From positions 192,001-256,000 of the forward strand of contig CAVUKA010000006.1 in assembly GCA_963741945.1 (NCBI GenBank): 64,000 bases of DNA, given 5' to 3'. Both the position numbers and the translations under genes were made by a program. Below, piece by piece: positions 28,881 through 38,872 of the stretch (positions are counted from its first letter, which is position 1; each line of letters starts with the position of its first letter). The notes under the pieces were generated by a model that was not told where the DNA came from, searched no databases, and saw nothing but the letters and a program-made list of their open reading frames with translations. This stretch comes from an uncultured Gemmatimonadales bacterium (GTDB lineage: Bacteria; Gemmatimonadota; Gemmatimonadetes; Longimicrobiales; RSA9).

Positions 28881-31259
28881 ATGGCGCGCGCGGGCGATGC
28901 AGGGGAGGGGAACGGAAGGAAGCTGGAGCCGAGGGACTTCATCCGATCCATCGTCGTCGAGGACCTGGCCACCGGGAAGCACGGCGGCCGTGTGGTCACC
29001 CGGTTCCCCCCGGAGCCCAACGGCTTCCTCCACATCGGCCATGCCAAGTCCATCTGCCTGAACTTCGGACTGGCGCAGGAAGTTCCGGGCGCCCGCTGCC
29101 ACCTCCGCTTCGACGACACCAATCCCGAGACGGAGGACATGGCGTACGTCGAGGCCATCAAGCGTGATGTGGCCTGGCTGGGCTTCGACTGGGGCGAGCA
29201 CCTCTACTTCGCTTCCGACTACTTCCACGAGATGTACGCGTTCGCGGAGCACCTGATCCGCGAGGGAAAGGCGTACATCGACAGCCAGAGCGAGGAGGAG
29301 ATCCGGGAGGGGCGGGGAACGGTAACGGAGGTCGGGACGCGGAGCCCCTACCGCGACCGCTCGCCCGACGAGAGCCTGGCCCTCTTCCACCGCATGCGCG
29401 ATGGCGAGTTCCCGAACGGCGCCCACGTGCTGCGCGCGAAGATCGACATGGCTTCGCCGAACATGGTGCTCCGCGACCCCGTGCTCTATCGGATCCGCCA
29501 CGCCAGCCATTACCGCACCGGCGACGAGTGGTGCATCTACCCGCTCTACGATTTCGCCCACCCGATCGAGGACGCACTCGAAGACATCACACACTCGCTG
29601 TGCACGCTCGAGTTCGAGATCAACCGCCCCCTCTACGACTGGGTGGTCGAGAATATCCCGCTGGAGACGCGGCCGCGGCAGTACGAGTTCGCCCGCGGCA
29701 ACCTGGACTTCACGGTCATGAGCAAGCGCAAGCTGCTCACACTGGTCAGGGAGGGGCACGTCTCCGGATGGGACGATCCGCGCATGCCCACCATCGCCGG
29801 GCTCCGCCGCCGCGGCGTGACACCCGAGTCCATCCGCGCCTTCTGGGACATGCTCGGCATTGCCAAGTCACAGAGCCGCGTCGACATGGGCAAGCTCGAG
29901 TTCGCCATCCGCGACGACCTGAACGCGCGCGCGCCGCGCGCCCTCTGTGTGCTGCGCCCAATGCGGGTGATCATCACCAACTACCCCGATGGGAAATCCG
30001 AGATCATCGACGCCAGCTCGTGGCCCCACGACGTCCCGCGCGAGGGGTCGCGGCCACTCCCCTTCTCCGGCGAGATCTTCATCGACGATGACGACTTCCG
30101 CGAGGATCCGCCCGCCGACTGGAAGCGTCTCGCGCCCGGCCGCGCCGTCCGGCTCCGCCACGGCCACGTCATCCGCTGCGACGAGGTCATCCGCGATGAC
30201 GCCGGCGCCATCCGCGAGCTCCACTGCCGCTACGCTCCCGACAGCCTCCACGGCGACGCCCCCGCCGACTGGAAGGCGGGAGGCGCCATCCACTGGGTGG
30301 ACGCGGAGCACTCGGTGTCGTGTGAGGTGCGGCTGTACGATCGGCTCTTCCTGGTGCCCGATCCGGATGCGGCGGCCACCGAGAGCGGGCGGGACTTCTC
30401 GGCCTTCCTCAACCCCGACTCCCTCGTGGTGGTCGAGAATGCCCGCATCGAGCCGTCGGTCACGGCCGACCCGCCCGGCAGCCGCTACCAGTTCGAGCGG
30501 CTCGGCTACTTCATGAGCGACCCCGAAGACTCGGCCCGGGGACACCTGGTGTTCAATCGGACCGTCACGCTGCGCGACACATGGGCGAAACGGGTCACGC
30601 AGGCGGCCACGCATAGTGGCGAGCCCACCCCCGCCGGGCGGCAGGCCGAGGAGGGGCGCGCGCCGGAGCTCACGGCCGAGGAGCACCGGCGCCTGCGCGA
30701 GGCCGCGGCGCCAGAGCGGTCCTCCGAGCTGGAGCGGCGGCGGCGTCGCTACCGCGACGAGCTGGGCGTGGACGATGAGGACGCCGAGCTGCTCACCCGG
30801 GAGACGGCCATGGCCGACTTCTTCGACGCCGCGCTCGAGGCCGGAGCCCCGCCGCAGCGGGTGGCCAACTGGATCATCAACGAGCTTCCGCGGGAGATCG
30901 GGGATCGGACGCTGGCGAACCTCTCGTTCGGCGGTCGCGACCTGGGGCGGCTGGTGGCGCTGCTCGAGGACGGCACCCTCTCCAGCGGCACCGCGCGCGA
31001 TGTCCTGGCGGAGATGATGGCATCCGGCCAGGAGCCCGACGCCATCGTGGAGCGGAAGGGACTCCGCCAGATCAGCGATGAAGCCGCCCTCGCCCCCGTG
31101 GTGGCCCGCATTGTCGGCGCCAATCCCGGAAAGGCCGAAGAGTACCGGACGGGTCGCTCCGCGCTCATGGGCTTCTTCATGGGCCAGGTGATGAAGGAGA
31201 CCGGCGGCAAGGCCGATCCCGTCCTGGCGCGGCGGCTGCTCGGGGAGCGACTCGGCTAG
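28881..31259 (+). CDS. glnS: Glutamine--tRNA ligase with C-terminal GatB/YqeY domain
   Basis: TRFPPEPNGFLHIGHAK, MSKRKL, YQFERLGYF; C-terminal GFFMGQVMKETGGKADP. Confidence 0.95.
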   Translation: MARAGDAGEGNGRKLEPRDFIRSIVVEDLATGKHGGRVVTRFPPEPNGFLHIGHAKSICLNFGLAQEVPGARCHLRFDDTNPETEDMAYVEAIKRDVAWLGFDWGEHLYFASDYFHEMYAFAEHLIREGKAYIDSQSEEEIREGRGTVTEVGTRSPYRDRSPDESLALFHRMRDGEFPNGAHVLRAKIDMASPNMVLRDPVLYRIRHASHYRTGDEWCIYPLYDFAHPIEDALEDITHSLCTLEFEINRPLYDWVVENIPLETRPRQYEFARGNLDFTVMSKRKLLTLVREGHVSGWDDPRMPTIAGLRRRGVTPESIRAFWDMLGIAKSQSRVDMGKLEFAIRDDLNARAPRALCVLRPMRVIITNYPDGKSEIIDASSWPHDVPREGSRPLPFSGEIFIDDDDFREDPPADWKRLAPGRAVRLRHGHVIRCDEVIRDDAGAIRELHCRYAPDSLHGDAPADWKAGGAIHWVDAEHSVSCEVRLYDRLFLVPDPDAAATESGRDFSAFLNPDSLVVVENARIEPSVTADPPGSRYQFERLGYFMSDPEDSARGHLVFNRTVTLRDTWAKRVTQAATHSGEPTPAGRQAEEGRAPELTAEEHRRLREAAAPERSSELERRRRRYRDELGVDDEDAELLTRETAMADFFDAALEAGAPPQRVANWIINELPREIGDRTLANLSFGGRDLGRLVALLEDGTLSSGTARDVLAEMMASGQEPDAIVERKGLRQISDEAALAPVVARIVGANPGKAEEYRTGRSALMGFFMGQVMKETGGKADPVLARRLLGERLG

Positions 31260-31370
31260 CCCTCGTCGCTGCCCACGCGACGGTCGCGCGGATCCGGGAG
31301 CGGCCGCCGTGACGCGAGAGGATCCCGCGGACCGGCCGATCCGGAGGATGGAAGCAGGGTCCGGGGCGAG

Positions 31371-32318
31371 CTAGCTCGTTCCCGGGGCGGCGGGCGGGGG
31401 GACATCGTCGTAGCAGAGGTAACGGAGCAGCGCCCGGTGCTGCCGGTCCCAGTCCACCGGGCCACCCGAGCGCTCGCCGGGGAGCAGGTGGCCGGGCACC
31501 TGCCGGAGATAGGAATCCACGGAGCGGCGCAGGGACAGGAAGGGCGACCTGCTGCGCAGCCAGTTCTTGCCCGACGCCGCCTCCATCGCCTGCACCCATC
31601 GGATCAGCCGCCCCACCTGGACGGCCAGCGCATCGGCCGGATTGCTTTGTCTGAAGTAATGCAGGATCGGGTACTGGTTGTTGGCTGTGGTCACTCGCGC
31701 CAGGCGGTGCGCGAATTCGCGGGCCAGCGAGTACGACCATTCCAGCTCCTGCGGGCTCGGCTCACCATCCCAGTCGATGGGCGCCGCCCCAGCCAGGGCG
31801 TGGTCGATGTCGTTGGCGAGTGCCGTCTGCACCGACTGCTGCGTGTAGATGGAGACCACGTAGGTGATGCCCACGGAGAACAGGCCGAACCCGATGAACG
31901 CTTCCAGGATGGCGAGCATGCGGAACACCGGTTGAAGTGGCACGACGTCACCGAGACCCAGTGTCGTGGCCAGATAGCCGCTGTAGTAGAACGCCTGGAG
32001 CCAACCCCGGTGTGCCGGCCCCGGATCGAAGGAGAACGAGAGCACGAACGGCCAGTGGATGAAGGCGAACCCCACGATCAGGATCGCCACCCACAGGATC
32101 GGGGTGAGCGCGGCGATGGCCGGGCCGCCGAGCGTGAGGATGCGGTCGTTCGGTCGGCCGCGGCACCTGCCGACGAACCGCGTCAGGCGCCACACGGACC
32201 GGCTCTGCACACGTGTGAGCGGACCCGCGTGGGCGGTGGGATGGAAAACCGTCAACAGGACGTCGGCCAGCACGAGGGCCACCAGGAGCGCGCCCGCCAG
32301 GAGCACGGCGGCCGTCAC
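31371..32318 (-). CDS. Potassium-channel-family (2-TM pore) membrane protein
   Basis: YYSGYLATTLGLGDVVP pore signature, YPILHYF; start uncertain (GTG 32318 or 32321). Confidence 0.75.
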   Translation of the reverse strand: MTAAVLLAGALLVALVLADVLLTVFHPTAHAGPLTRVQSRSVWRLTRFVGRCRGRPNDRILTLGGPAIAALTPILWVAILIVGFAFIHWPFVLSFSFDPGPAHRGWLQAFYYSGYLATTLGLGDVVPLQPVFRMLAILEAFIGFGLFSVGITYVVSIYTQQSVQTALANDIDHALAGAAPIDWDGEPSPQELEWSYSLAREFAHRLARVTTANNQYPILHYFRQSNPADALAVQVGRLIRWVQAMEAASGKNWLRSRSPFLSLRRSVDSYLRQVPGHLLPGERSGGPVDWDRQHRALLRYLCYDDVPPPAAPGTS

Positions 32319-32442
32319 CACTCGGCGGCGTCGCTGAACACGTGGAGAGGAGCTTCGGACTGGGATCGCATGGCTGTCACTCCCGCTTCGGTGCGAACCC
32401 GGCACCGTGCACGACCCGCGCCAGACTGCCGGGGCGGGTCGC

Positions 32443-33873
32443 TCAGGCGATCTCGTCCCGCGCCAGCCGCAGCGGAAGCCGGACTTCGAACCGGGTCCGC
32501 CCGGGCTCCGCGTCCACGGTAATGCGTCCCCGATGACGGTTGACCACGATGTTGTGGGCCACGTGCAGACCCAGCCCCGTGCCCGTTCCCGCCGGCCGCG
32601 TGGTGAAGAAGGGATCGAAGATGCGGGAGCGGATCTCGGCGGGGATCCCGGGGCCACTGTCGATCACGTCTACCACCACGTGGTCCCCGGACCGCCGGAC
32701 CTGGAGCCGGATCCGGCCGTGGCCGTCCATGGCATCGATGGCGTTCGCGATCAGGTTCGTCCACACCTGGTTGATCTCGCTGCCGTACCCCTCGACGGGG
32801 GGCAGGTCGGGCTCGTACTCGCGCTCGACCGTGACGCCCTCCTTCAGTCTGTGCTTCAGGATGACGAGCGTGGTCTCCAGCGTCTGGGGGATGTCCACGT
32901 CCTGCACCGGGGCGCGGTCCATGTAAGCATAGCTCTTCACCGCCTTGACGATCTCCGAGACCTGCCGCGCGCTCGTCTCGATCTCTTCCCGCAGCCCGCG
33001 CGCCGCCAGGCCGGCGCCGAGCCATCGCAGCACAACCTCGAGCTGGTCGGCTGCCAGGCGCTCCGCCAGCGTCTCGACCCGCTCCACCGTCCATCCGTAG
33101 GCGACGAGGGGCTCCGCGATCTCCCAGCCGGCCTCCACCCCCCGTTCCTCCAGCCAGTCCGTCAGGCGGTCCTCCTCCAGGCTGCACGTCAGGGCGTCCG
33201 TTCTCGCCGGGCCGGGGCGGGTGAGGGCGTCTTCCAGCTCCTGCACGGCCGCCCCCCCGTCCTCGCCCGGCCGAAGCGCGCCCAGGCGCGCGGTCCACGC
33301 CTGCCACGCCTCCAGCGCTTCCCCCAGCTGCGCCACTGCGCGCTGGATCGCCGCGGCCGGGTTGTTCAGCTCGTGGGCCAGTCCCGCCGCCAGCGTGCCC
33401 AGCGACGCGAGCTTCTCCTGCTCCATGAGGGAGGACTCCGTGGAGCGGAGCCGGGCCGCCATGGTGCGGAGGATCGAGGCCGCAGCGTCGGGGCTGGCGG
33501 CCAGCAGCCCGCGGAACGCCGCCGGCTGGATCACGAGAAGCTCGCTCGGCTCGACGGCCCGCACCGTCGCTGACCGGGGCGCCCCCTCCAGCAGCGACAT
33601 CTCCCCCAGGAACTCCCCCGGCTCCCGCAGGGCCAGCACCACGTCCGCCCCGCTTTCCCGGGTGAGGACCTCGAGCCGCCCCTCCACGATGATGTGCAGC
33701 CCGTCCGCCGGCGTGCCTTCCTCCATCACGGTCTCACCGGCCGCGTAATGCTGGCGCGTGGCCATCCGGCAGAGGCGGCTCAGGTCGGCTTCGGCCAGAT
33801 CCGAGAACAGCGGGAGGCGACGCAGGAACTCCTTGTTCGTCCGGACCGTGCGGAGCGGGCCGGCGCCGGTCAT
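32443..33873 (-). CDS. Cytoplasmic histidine kinase with N-terminal cyclic-nucleotide-binding domain
   Basis: LPLFSDL, GEFLGEMSLL...PRSATVRA; AHELNNP; NQVWTNLIANAIDA; DSGPG; FDPFFTT; GTGLGL. Confidence 0.9.
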   Translation of the reverse strand: MTGAGPLRTVRTNKEFLRRLPLFSDLAEADLSRLCRMATRQHYAAGETVMEEGTPADGLHIIVEGRLEVLTRESGADVVLALREPGEFLGEMSLLEGAPRSATVRAVEPSELLVIQPAAFRGLLAASPDAAASILRTMAARLRSTESSLMEQEKLASLGTLAAGLAHELNNPAAAIQRAVAQLGEALEAWQAWTARLGALRPGEDGGAAVQELEDALTRPGPARTDALTCSLEEDRLTDWLEERGVEAGWEIAEPLVAYGWTVERVETLAERLAADQLEVVLRWLGAGLAARGLREEIETSARQVSEIVKAVKSYAYMDRAPVQDVDIPQTLETTLVILKHRLKEGVTVEREYEPDLPPVEGYGSEINQVWTNLIANAIDAMDGHGRIRLQVRRSGDHVVVDVIDSGPGIPAEIRSRIFDPFFTTRPAGTGTGLGLHVAHNIVVNRHRGRITVDAEPGRTRFEVRLPLRLARDEIA

Positions 33874-35603
33874 CGGGAGGACACCGCGGCCGACCGCGGG
33901 GCGAGAACGGGTCCCGTCATGTGCTGGTGCACGAACTGCACGGCCATGGCGCCCTCGCCCACCGCCGAAGCCACACGCTTCACCGACCGGTGCCGTACGT
34001 CGCCGGCCACGAAGATCCCGGGCACGCTCGTCTCCAGCCAGAGCGGGGCCCGCCCTGGGGTCCACCCGGCGGGGCGCTCGCCATCGCGCAGGACGTCCGG
34101 GCCGGACAGGATGAAGCCGCGGGCGTCCCGTGCCACCAGTCCGCCCAGCCATTCCGTGCGCGGGACCGCGCCGATGAAGACGAAGACGGCGTGGGCCGCC
34201 AGCGTTTCCCTGGCCTCCGGCTCCCGCGTCTCCACCACGATCCGCTCCATCCGCTCGTCGCCTTCCATGGCCACCACCTGCGCGCCCGTGCGGACGGTGA
34301 TGTTCTCCGTCTCCTCGATCTGAGCGATGAGGTAGTGGGACATGCTCGTGGCCAGCGTCGGGCCGCGCGCCAGGATGGTGACCGACCGGGCGAATCGGGC
34401 CAGGTACATCGCGCCCTGGCCGGCGCTGTTCCCCGCCCCGATGACGAACACGTCCTCGCCCGTGGCCTCGATGGCTTCCGTGATCGCCGCCCCGTAGTAC
34501 ACGCCCGCCCCGGCCAGGCGGTCGGCCCCGGGCACGTCCAGCCGGCGGTACGACACGCCCGTCGATACCAGCAGCGCCTGGCCCGTGATCTCCGCGCCGT
34601 CCGAGAGCGTCACCACCGGATAGCCATCCTGGAGTCGCAGCGCAGTGGCTTCCGCAGGCGTCAGGATCTCCGCGCCGAAGCGCCGGGCCTGCGCCACCGC
34701 CCGCCGGGCCAGGTCGCCGCCGCTCAGACCCACGGGGAAGCCGAGGTAGTTCTCGATGCGCGAGCTCTGACCCGCCTGGCCGCCGGGCGCCTCCCGCTCG
34801 ATCAGCAGCGTCCGCAGCCCCTCCGACGCCCCGTACACGCCCGCCGCGAGTCCTGCCGGCCCCGCGCCCACGATCACCAGGTCGTATGCGTCCGCTTCCG
34901 CCTGCAGCCGCAGCCCGATCCGCTCCGCAATGGCCGGATTGTCGGGACGCGCCAGGTGCGAGCCATCCGGGAATACGACGAGCGGGAGCATTGCCGCGTC
35001 GTCGGCTCCGCCCCCGCCATGGTCGCCGCCGGCGCCCCCCGTCGCCAGCTCCAGGAGCCGGCGAGCCTCCGGATTCTCCTCCACGTCCAGCCACTGGAAG
35101 GGCGTGAGGTTCCGGGCCAGGAAATCCTTGACGCGATGGCCATCCGCGGACCACCGGTGACCGATCACGCGGACGCCTTCGAAGCGCGGACGGAAGCGTG
35201 CGCGCCACGTGTCCAGCAGGTCGGTGAGCACCGGGTACAGGTGCTCCTCCGGCGGGTCCCACGGCTTCATCAGGTAATGGTCCAGCCGGATCTCGTTGAT
35301 CGCGCTGATCGCCGCGTCCGTGTCGGCGTAGGCAGTCAGCAGCACCCGCTTCGCGTCCGGGAACAGGAGCATGGCTTCGCGGAGCATCTCCACCCCCGTC
35401 ATTCCCGGCATGCGCTGGTCGGCCAGGAAGAGCGCCACCGGCTCCTCCTTCAGCTTCAGCTCCCGCGCCGCTGCCAGCGCTTCCATGCCGGACGTGGCGC
35501 GCAGGATCCGGTACTCGGAGCCGTACTCCTTGCGCAGGTCACGGGCGACGGCGCTCAGGACGGCGGCCTCGTCGTCCACGGCGAAAATGATCGGCTTGGT
35601 CAT
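33870..35603 (-). CDS. Receiver domain fused to a thioredoxin-reductase-like flavoprotein (no cysteines)
   Basis: AVDDE, ADQRMP, KPW receiver motifs; GAGPAG, IENYLGF, GAGNSA, AGDVR; YGAAITEA where TrxB has CxxC. Confidence 0.9.
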   Translation of the reverse strand: MTKPIIFAVDDEAAVLSAVARDLRKEYGSEYRILRATSGMEALAAARELKLKEEPVALFLADQRMPGMTGVEMLREAMLLFPDAKRVLLTAYADTDAAISAINEIRLDHYLMKPWDPPEEHLYPVLTDLLDTWRARFRPRFEGVRVIGHRWSADGHRVKDFLARNLTPFQWLDVEENPEARRLLELATGGAGGDHGGGGADDAAMLPLVVFPDGSHLARPDNPAIAERIGLRLQAEADAYDLVIVGAGPAGLAAGVYGASEGLRTLLIEREAPGGQAGQSSRIENYLGFPVGLSGGDLARRAVAQARRFGAEILTPAEATALRLQDGYPVVTLSDGAEITGQALLVSTGVSYRRLDVPGADRLAGAGVYYGAAITEAIEATGEDVFVIGAGNSAGQGAMYLARFARSVTILARGPTLATSMSHYLIAQIEETENITVRTGAQVVAMEGDERMERIVVETREPEARETLAAHAVFVFIGAVPRTEWLGGLVARDARGFILSGPDVLRDGERPAGWTPGRAPLWLETSVPGIFVAGDVRHRSVKRVASAVGEGAMAVQFVHQHMTGPVLAPRSAAVSSR

Positions 35604-35635
35604 GGGCTCCAGGGGTGTGTGGCCCGGCCGCAGCG

Positions 35636-38600
35636 CTACTCGGCTGCGCTGGCCGGAGTGAGCTTGATTTCGGTTCGGAGCTCGCCGGCGCGGGAGCGGG
35701 CGAGGGCGGCGTCATCGCCTCGCCCTGCGCGGTCGTGGATGCGTGCTTGCAGCTCCAGCGCCCGCGCTTCGTACGCCGGCATCTGCGCGGAGCGGTAGAA
35801 CTCCAGCGCGGGCGAGAGGGTCCGCACCGCTTCCTCGAGGCGGCCCTCCCGGAAATGGGCGCGCGCCAGGCGCTCGGAAGCCGTTGCGGCCGAATACTCG
35901 TCCTGGTCCGCCCGCGCGTTCGCGATGGCGTCCTCCAGCTCGCGCACGGCCGCGGCGGAGCCCTGCTCGAGGCCCACGGACGCGGTGCCCACGTGGATCC
36001 GGCTCCCGTACCCGCTCCACCCGCTCCAGTCCCCCTCCTCGAGGAACGTCCGGGCGCTGGCGAAGCTCCCCATGGCCCGGTCGAGCTCCTTCTTCTCGAG
36101 CTCGCCCATCCCCACCACATAGAACCCGGCGCAGGCACATTCGAAAGCGTTCCTGGAACGGGCCAGCTCCGTGCCACGGCGCGCGTGCTCCAGCCCTCGC
36201 TCCAGGTCGCCCAGCTCGTAGAAGACGCTGCCCACGATCAGGTGCACGTCCGCTTCCTTCACCGGGTGCCCTCCGCTCGGCGCCGCCGCCAGCGCTTCGT
36301 CGATCCGCGTCCGCGCCCGCTCGTAGTCGCCCGCTCGCGCGTATGCCAGCGCGCTGGAGGCCAGCGCATGCCCCTCGATCTCCGGCATCCCGTATTCGCG
36401 CGCCAGCACGATCACTTTCTCGAACTGCTCCACGGCCCGCCGCGGGTCCCGGTCGAGCAGCGTCTCGGTGGCGAAGAAGAAGGGCAGCAGCAGCAGCTGC
36501 TCCATCCCGAGCGCCGCCGCCAGCTCCGCGCTCTCCCGGATGTACGGTGCCGCCCGCGACGGCAGGCCCGTGACCATGTAGATGAGGGAGATCCACGACA
36601 GGATGCGGGCGAGTCTCACACCGTCATCGATGGCGCGCGCCCGCTCCTCCGCCTGCTGAAGCCGCTCCAGGACACCCTCGTAGTCCGCCAGCTTGTACCG
36701 GACCACTGCCCATCCCACGATCGCATCGAGCAGGCGCTCCGGCGGCGCATCGGGCAGCCGGGCCAGCGCTTCGAACGTGCGCTCGTAATGGCCACTCGCT
36801 TCGGTCAGCGCGTACAGCGATACGGCCCGCTCGGCCGCCTTCGTGGCATGGTGAGCCGTGCGCTCCGGATCGTTTCCCTGCCAGAAGTGATGGGCCAGCA
36901 CCGGGGCGAGTTCCTCGAGCCGGTCCGCGTACAGCGCCTCCAGCGCCGCGCCCGCCCGCGCGTGCAACTCCCGGCGACGCTGCTTCAGCAGCAGCTCGTA
37001 CGCCGCCTCCTGCGTCAGCGCATGCTTGAAAATGTACTCCCGCTCCGGGACCGTGGTCCGCTCACGCACGAGCTCTCCGTACGTCAGCGTCCCCAGGTGC
37101 GGATCGACGTTCTCGATCCGATCCGGCGGCGGCGCGGCGCGGCAGACCGACGCCAGCGCCCGATAGAAGAACGTGCGCCCCAGCACGGCGGCCGTCTGCG
37201 CCACCCGCTTCGTGGCATCCGGGAGCCGATCGATGCGCGCGCTCAGCACGCCGGCAAGCGTCTGGGGGATCGCCACGCTCGTGATCTCCCGCGTCGCCCG
37301 CCAGTGGCCGTCTTCGCGCACCACGTGCCCTGATTCGATCAGCGAGCGCAGCACCTCCTCGAGGAAGAACGGGTTCCCGTCCGACCGCCGCAGGATCAGC
37401 TCGCGCACGCTGCCGGGAAGCGCTTCGATGTGCAGCAGGTTGCCCAGCAGCTCGCCCGCACGCGCTCCGTCGAGAGGCTGCAGGTCCAGTCTCGCGTACC
37501 TCGACCCGAGGCTACCCGCCAGACGGTCCAGCAGCCCCCAGCTCGGCGCCTGCCGGTCCGGACGTAGCACGCACACCAGCAGCAGCGGCTCCGAGGCCGC
37601 GATCGTGGCCACCTGCCCGATCAGTTCCAGCGACGCACCATCCGCCCAGTGCAGGTCGTCGAACACCAGCACGTGCGGCCGCCCGGTGTCGCCCTGCGGT
37701 CCGCTCCCCTCGCGCATCACCGCCCGGAGCGCGCCGATCACCACGTCCGCGATCCGCTCCACCAGCGCCCCGCCCTCCAGCTCCCCCAGCGCCTTCCTCG
37801 CCGCGGGCGTCTCAACCGCCAGCAGCGTCTCCATGACCGGGAGCGCGGACGGATCGAGCGACAGCCGGTCCACGAACGCCTCCAGCCGCTCCCGCACTAC
37901 CGCCGGCCCCTCCATGTCCCCCGCACCGATCATCTCCCGACCCAGCTGCTGCCACGGCTGGTAGGCGAGCGACTGCCCGTACGAGACCGCCCGGCCTTCG
38001 TACCACGCCACACCGGCCGCCCCGGCACCCGACCGCACCTCGGCCATCAGCCGCGACTTGCCAATGCCGGCCTCGCCCACCACCGCCACCACGCTCCCGG
38101 CCCCACGACCCAACCCCTCCAGCGCCTCCGCCAGCGCCGACAGCTCCGCTTCCCGACCCACCAGCGGCGATGCCAGCCCTTCACCCTCCAGCCCGCGCGT
38201 CTTACCCGGCCGCGCTTTCGCTCCGAGCACCGCGAACGTCTCCACCGCTTCCTGCTTGCCCTTCAGCTCCACCACGCCCCGGGGCTCCAGCTCGAACAGC
38301 CCTCGCACCAGCCGGCGCGTCTCGCCGCTGATCAGGAGCGTTCCGGGCGACGCCAGCGATTGCAGCCTCGCGGCCACGTTCGCCGTGTCGCCCATGGCCG
38401 TGTACTCCGCCTTCACCTCATCGCCCATGTACGCCAGCACCGAAGTCCCGGAGTTGATCCCCACCCGCACCCGGAACTCCACACCGTAGCGACGCTCCAC
38501 CATCTCCCCGTACTCCGCCGCCGAGTCCAGCAGCGCCAGCCCGGCCCGCACTGCCCGCTCGGCATCGTCTTCGTGCGCTACCGGCGCGCCGAACAGCGCC

Positions 38601-38872
38601 AGCACCGCATCACCCATGAGCCGCGCGACCGTGCCGCCAAAGCGCGTCACCGCGGCATTCATGAAGCCGAACCCGCCGTTCATGATCGCCGCCCAGTCCT
38701 CCGGGTCCAGCCGCTCCGCCAATGCGGTCGAGCGGACCACGTCCGCGAACAACACCGACGTCAGCTTCCGCTCCCCCTCCACCGGCCGGGGGGCGTCCAG
38801 ACTCCCACCGCACCGGTTGCAGAATCGGGAGTGATCCGGGTTCTCGGTGGAACAGATGGGACAGACAATCAT
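35636..38872 (-). CDS. Zn-ribbon + class III nucleotide cyclase + STAND/AAA ATPase + TPR-like repeats
   Basis: CPIC and CNRC; LFADVV, MGDA, GDTANVAARL; GEAGIGKS; FDDLHWAD; GNPFF; FKHAL. Confidence 0.9.
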   Translation of the reverse strand: MIVCPICSTENPDHSRFCNRCGGSLDAPRPVEGERKLTSVLFADVVRSTALAERLDPEDWAAIMNGGFGFMNAAVTRFGGTVARLMGDAVLALFGAPVAHEDDAERAVRAGLALLDSAAEYGEMVERRYGVEFRVRVGINSGTSVLAYMGDEVKAEYTAMGDTANVAARLQSLASPGTLLISGETRRLVRGLFELEPRGVVELKGKQEAVETFAVLGAKARPGKTRGLEGEGLASPLVGREAELSALAEALEGLGRGAGSVVAVVGEAGIGKSRLMAEVRSGAGAAGVAWYEGRAVSYGQSLAYQPWQQLGREMIGAGDMEGPAVVRERLEAFVDRLSLDPSALPVMETLLAVETPAARKALGELEGGALVERIADVVIGALRAVMREGSGPQGDTGRPHVLVFDDLHWADGASLELIGQVATIAASEPLLLVCVLRPDRQAPSWGLLDRLAGSLGSRYARLDLQPLDGARAGELLGNLLHIEALPGSVRELILRRSDGNPFFLEEVLRSLIESGHVVREDGHWRATREITSVAIPQTLAGVLSARIDRLPDATKRVAQTAAVLGRTFFYRALASVCRAAPPPDRIENVDPHLGTLTYGELVRERTTVPEREYIFKHALTQEAAYELLLKQRRRELHARAGAALEALYADRLEELAPVLAHHFWQGNDPERTAHHATKAAERAVSLYALTEASGHYERTFEALARLPDAPPERLLDAIVGWAVVRYKLADYEGVLERLQQAEERARAIDDGVRLARILSWISLIYMVTGLPSRAAPYIRESAELAAALGMEQLLLLPFFFATETLLDRDPRRAVEQFEKVIVLAREYGMPEIEGHALASSALAYARAGDYERARTRIDEALAAAPSGGHPVKEADVHLIVGSVFYELGDLERGLEHARRGTELARSRNAFECACAGFYVVGMGELEKKELDRAMGSFASARTFLEEGDWSGWSGYGSRIHVGTASVGLEQGSAAAVRELEDAIANARADQDEYSAATASERLARAHFREGRLEEAVRTLSPALEFYRSAQMPAYEARALELQARIHDRAGRGDDAALARSRAGELRTEIKLTPASAAE

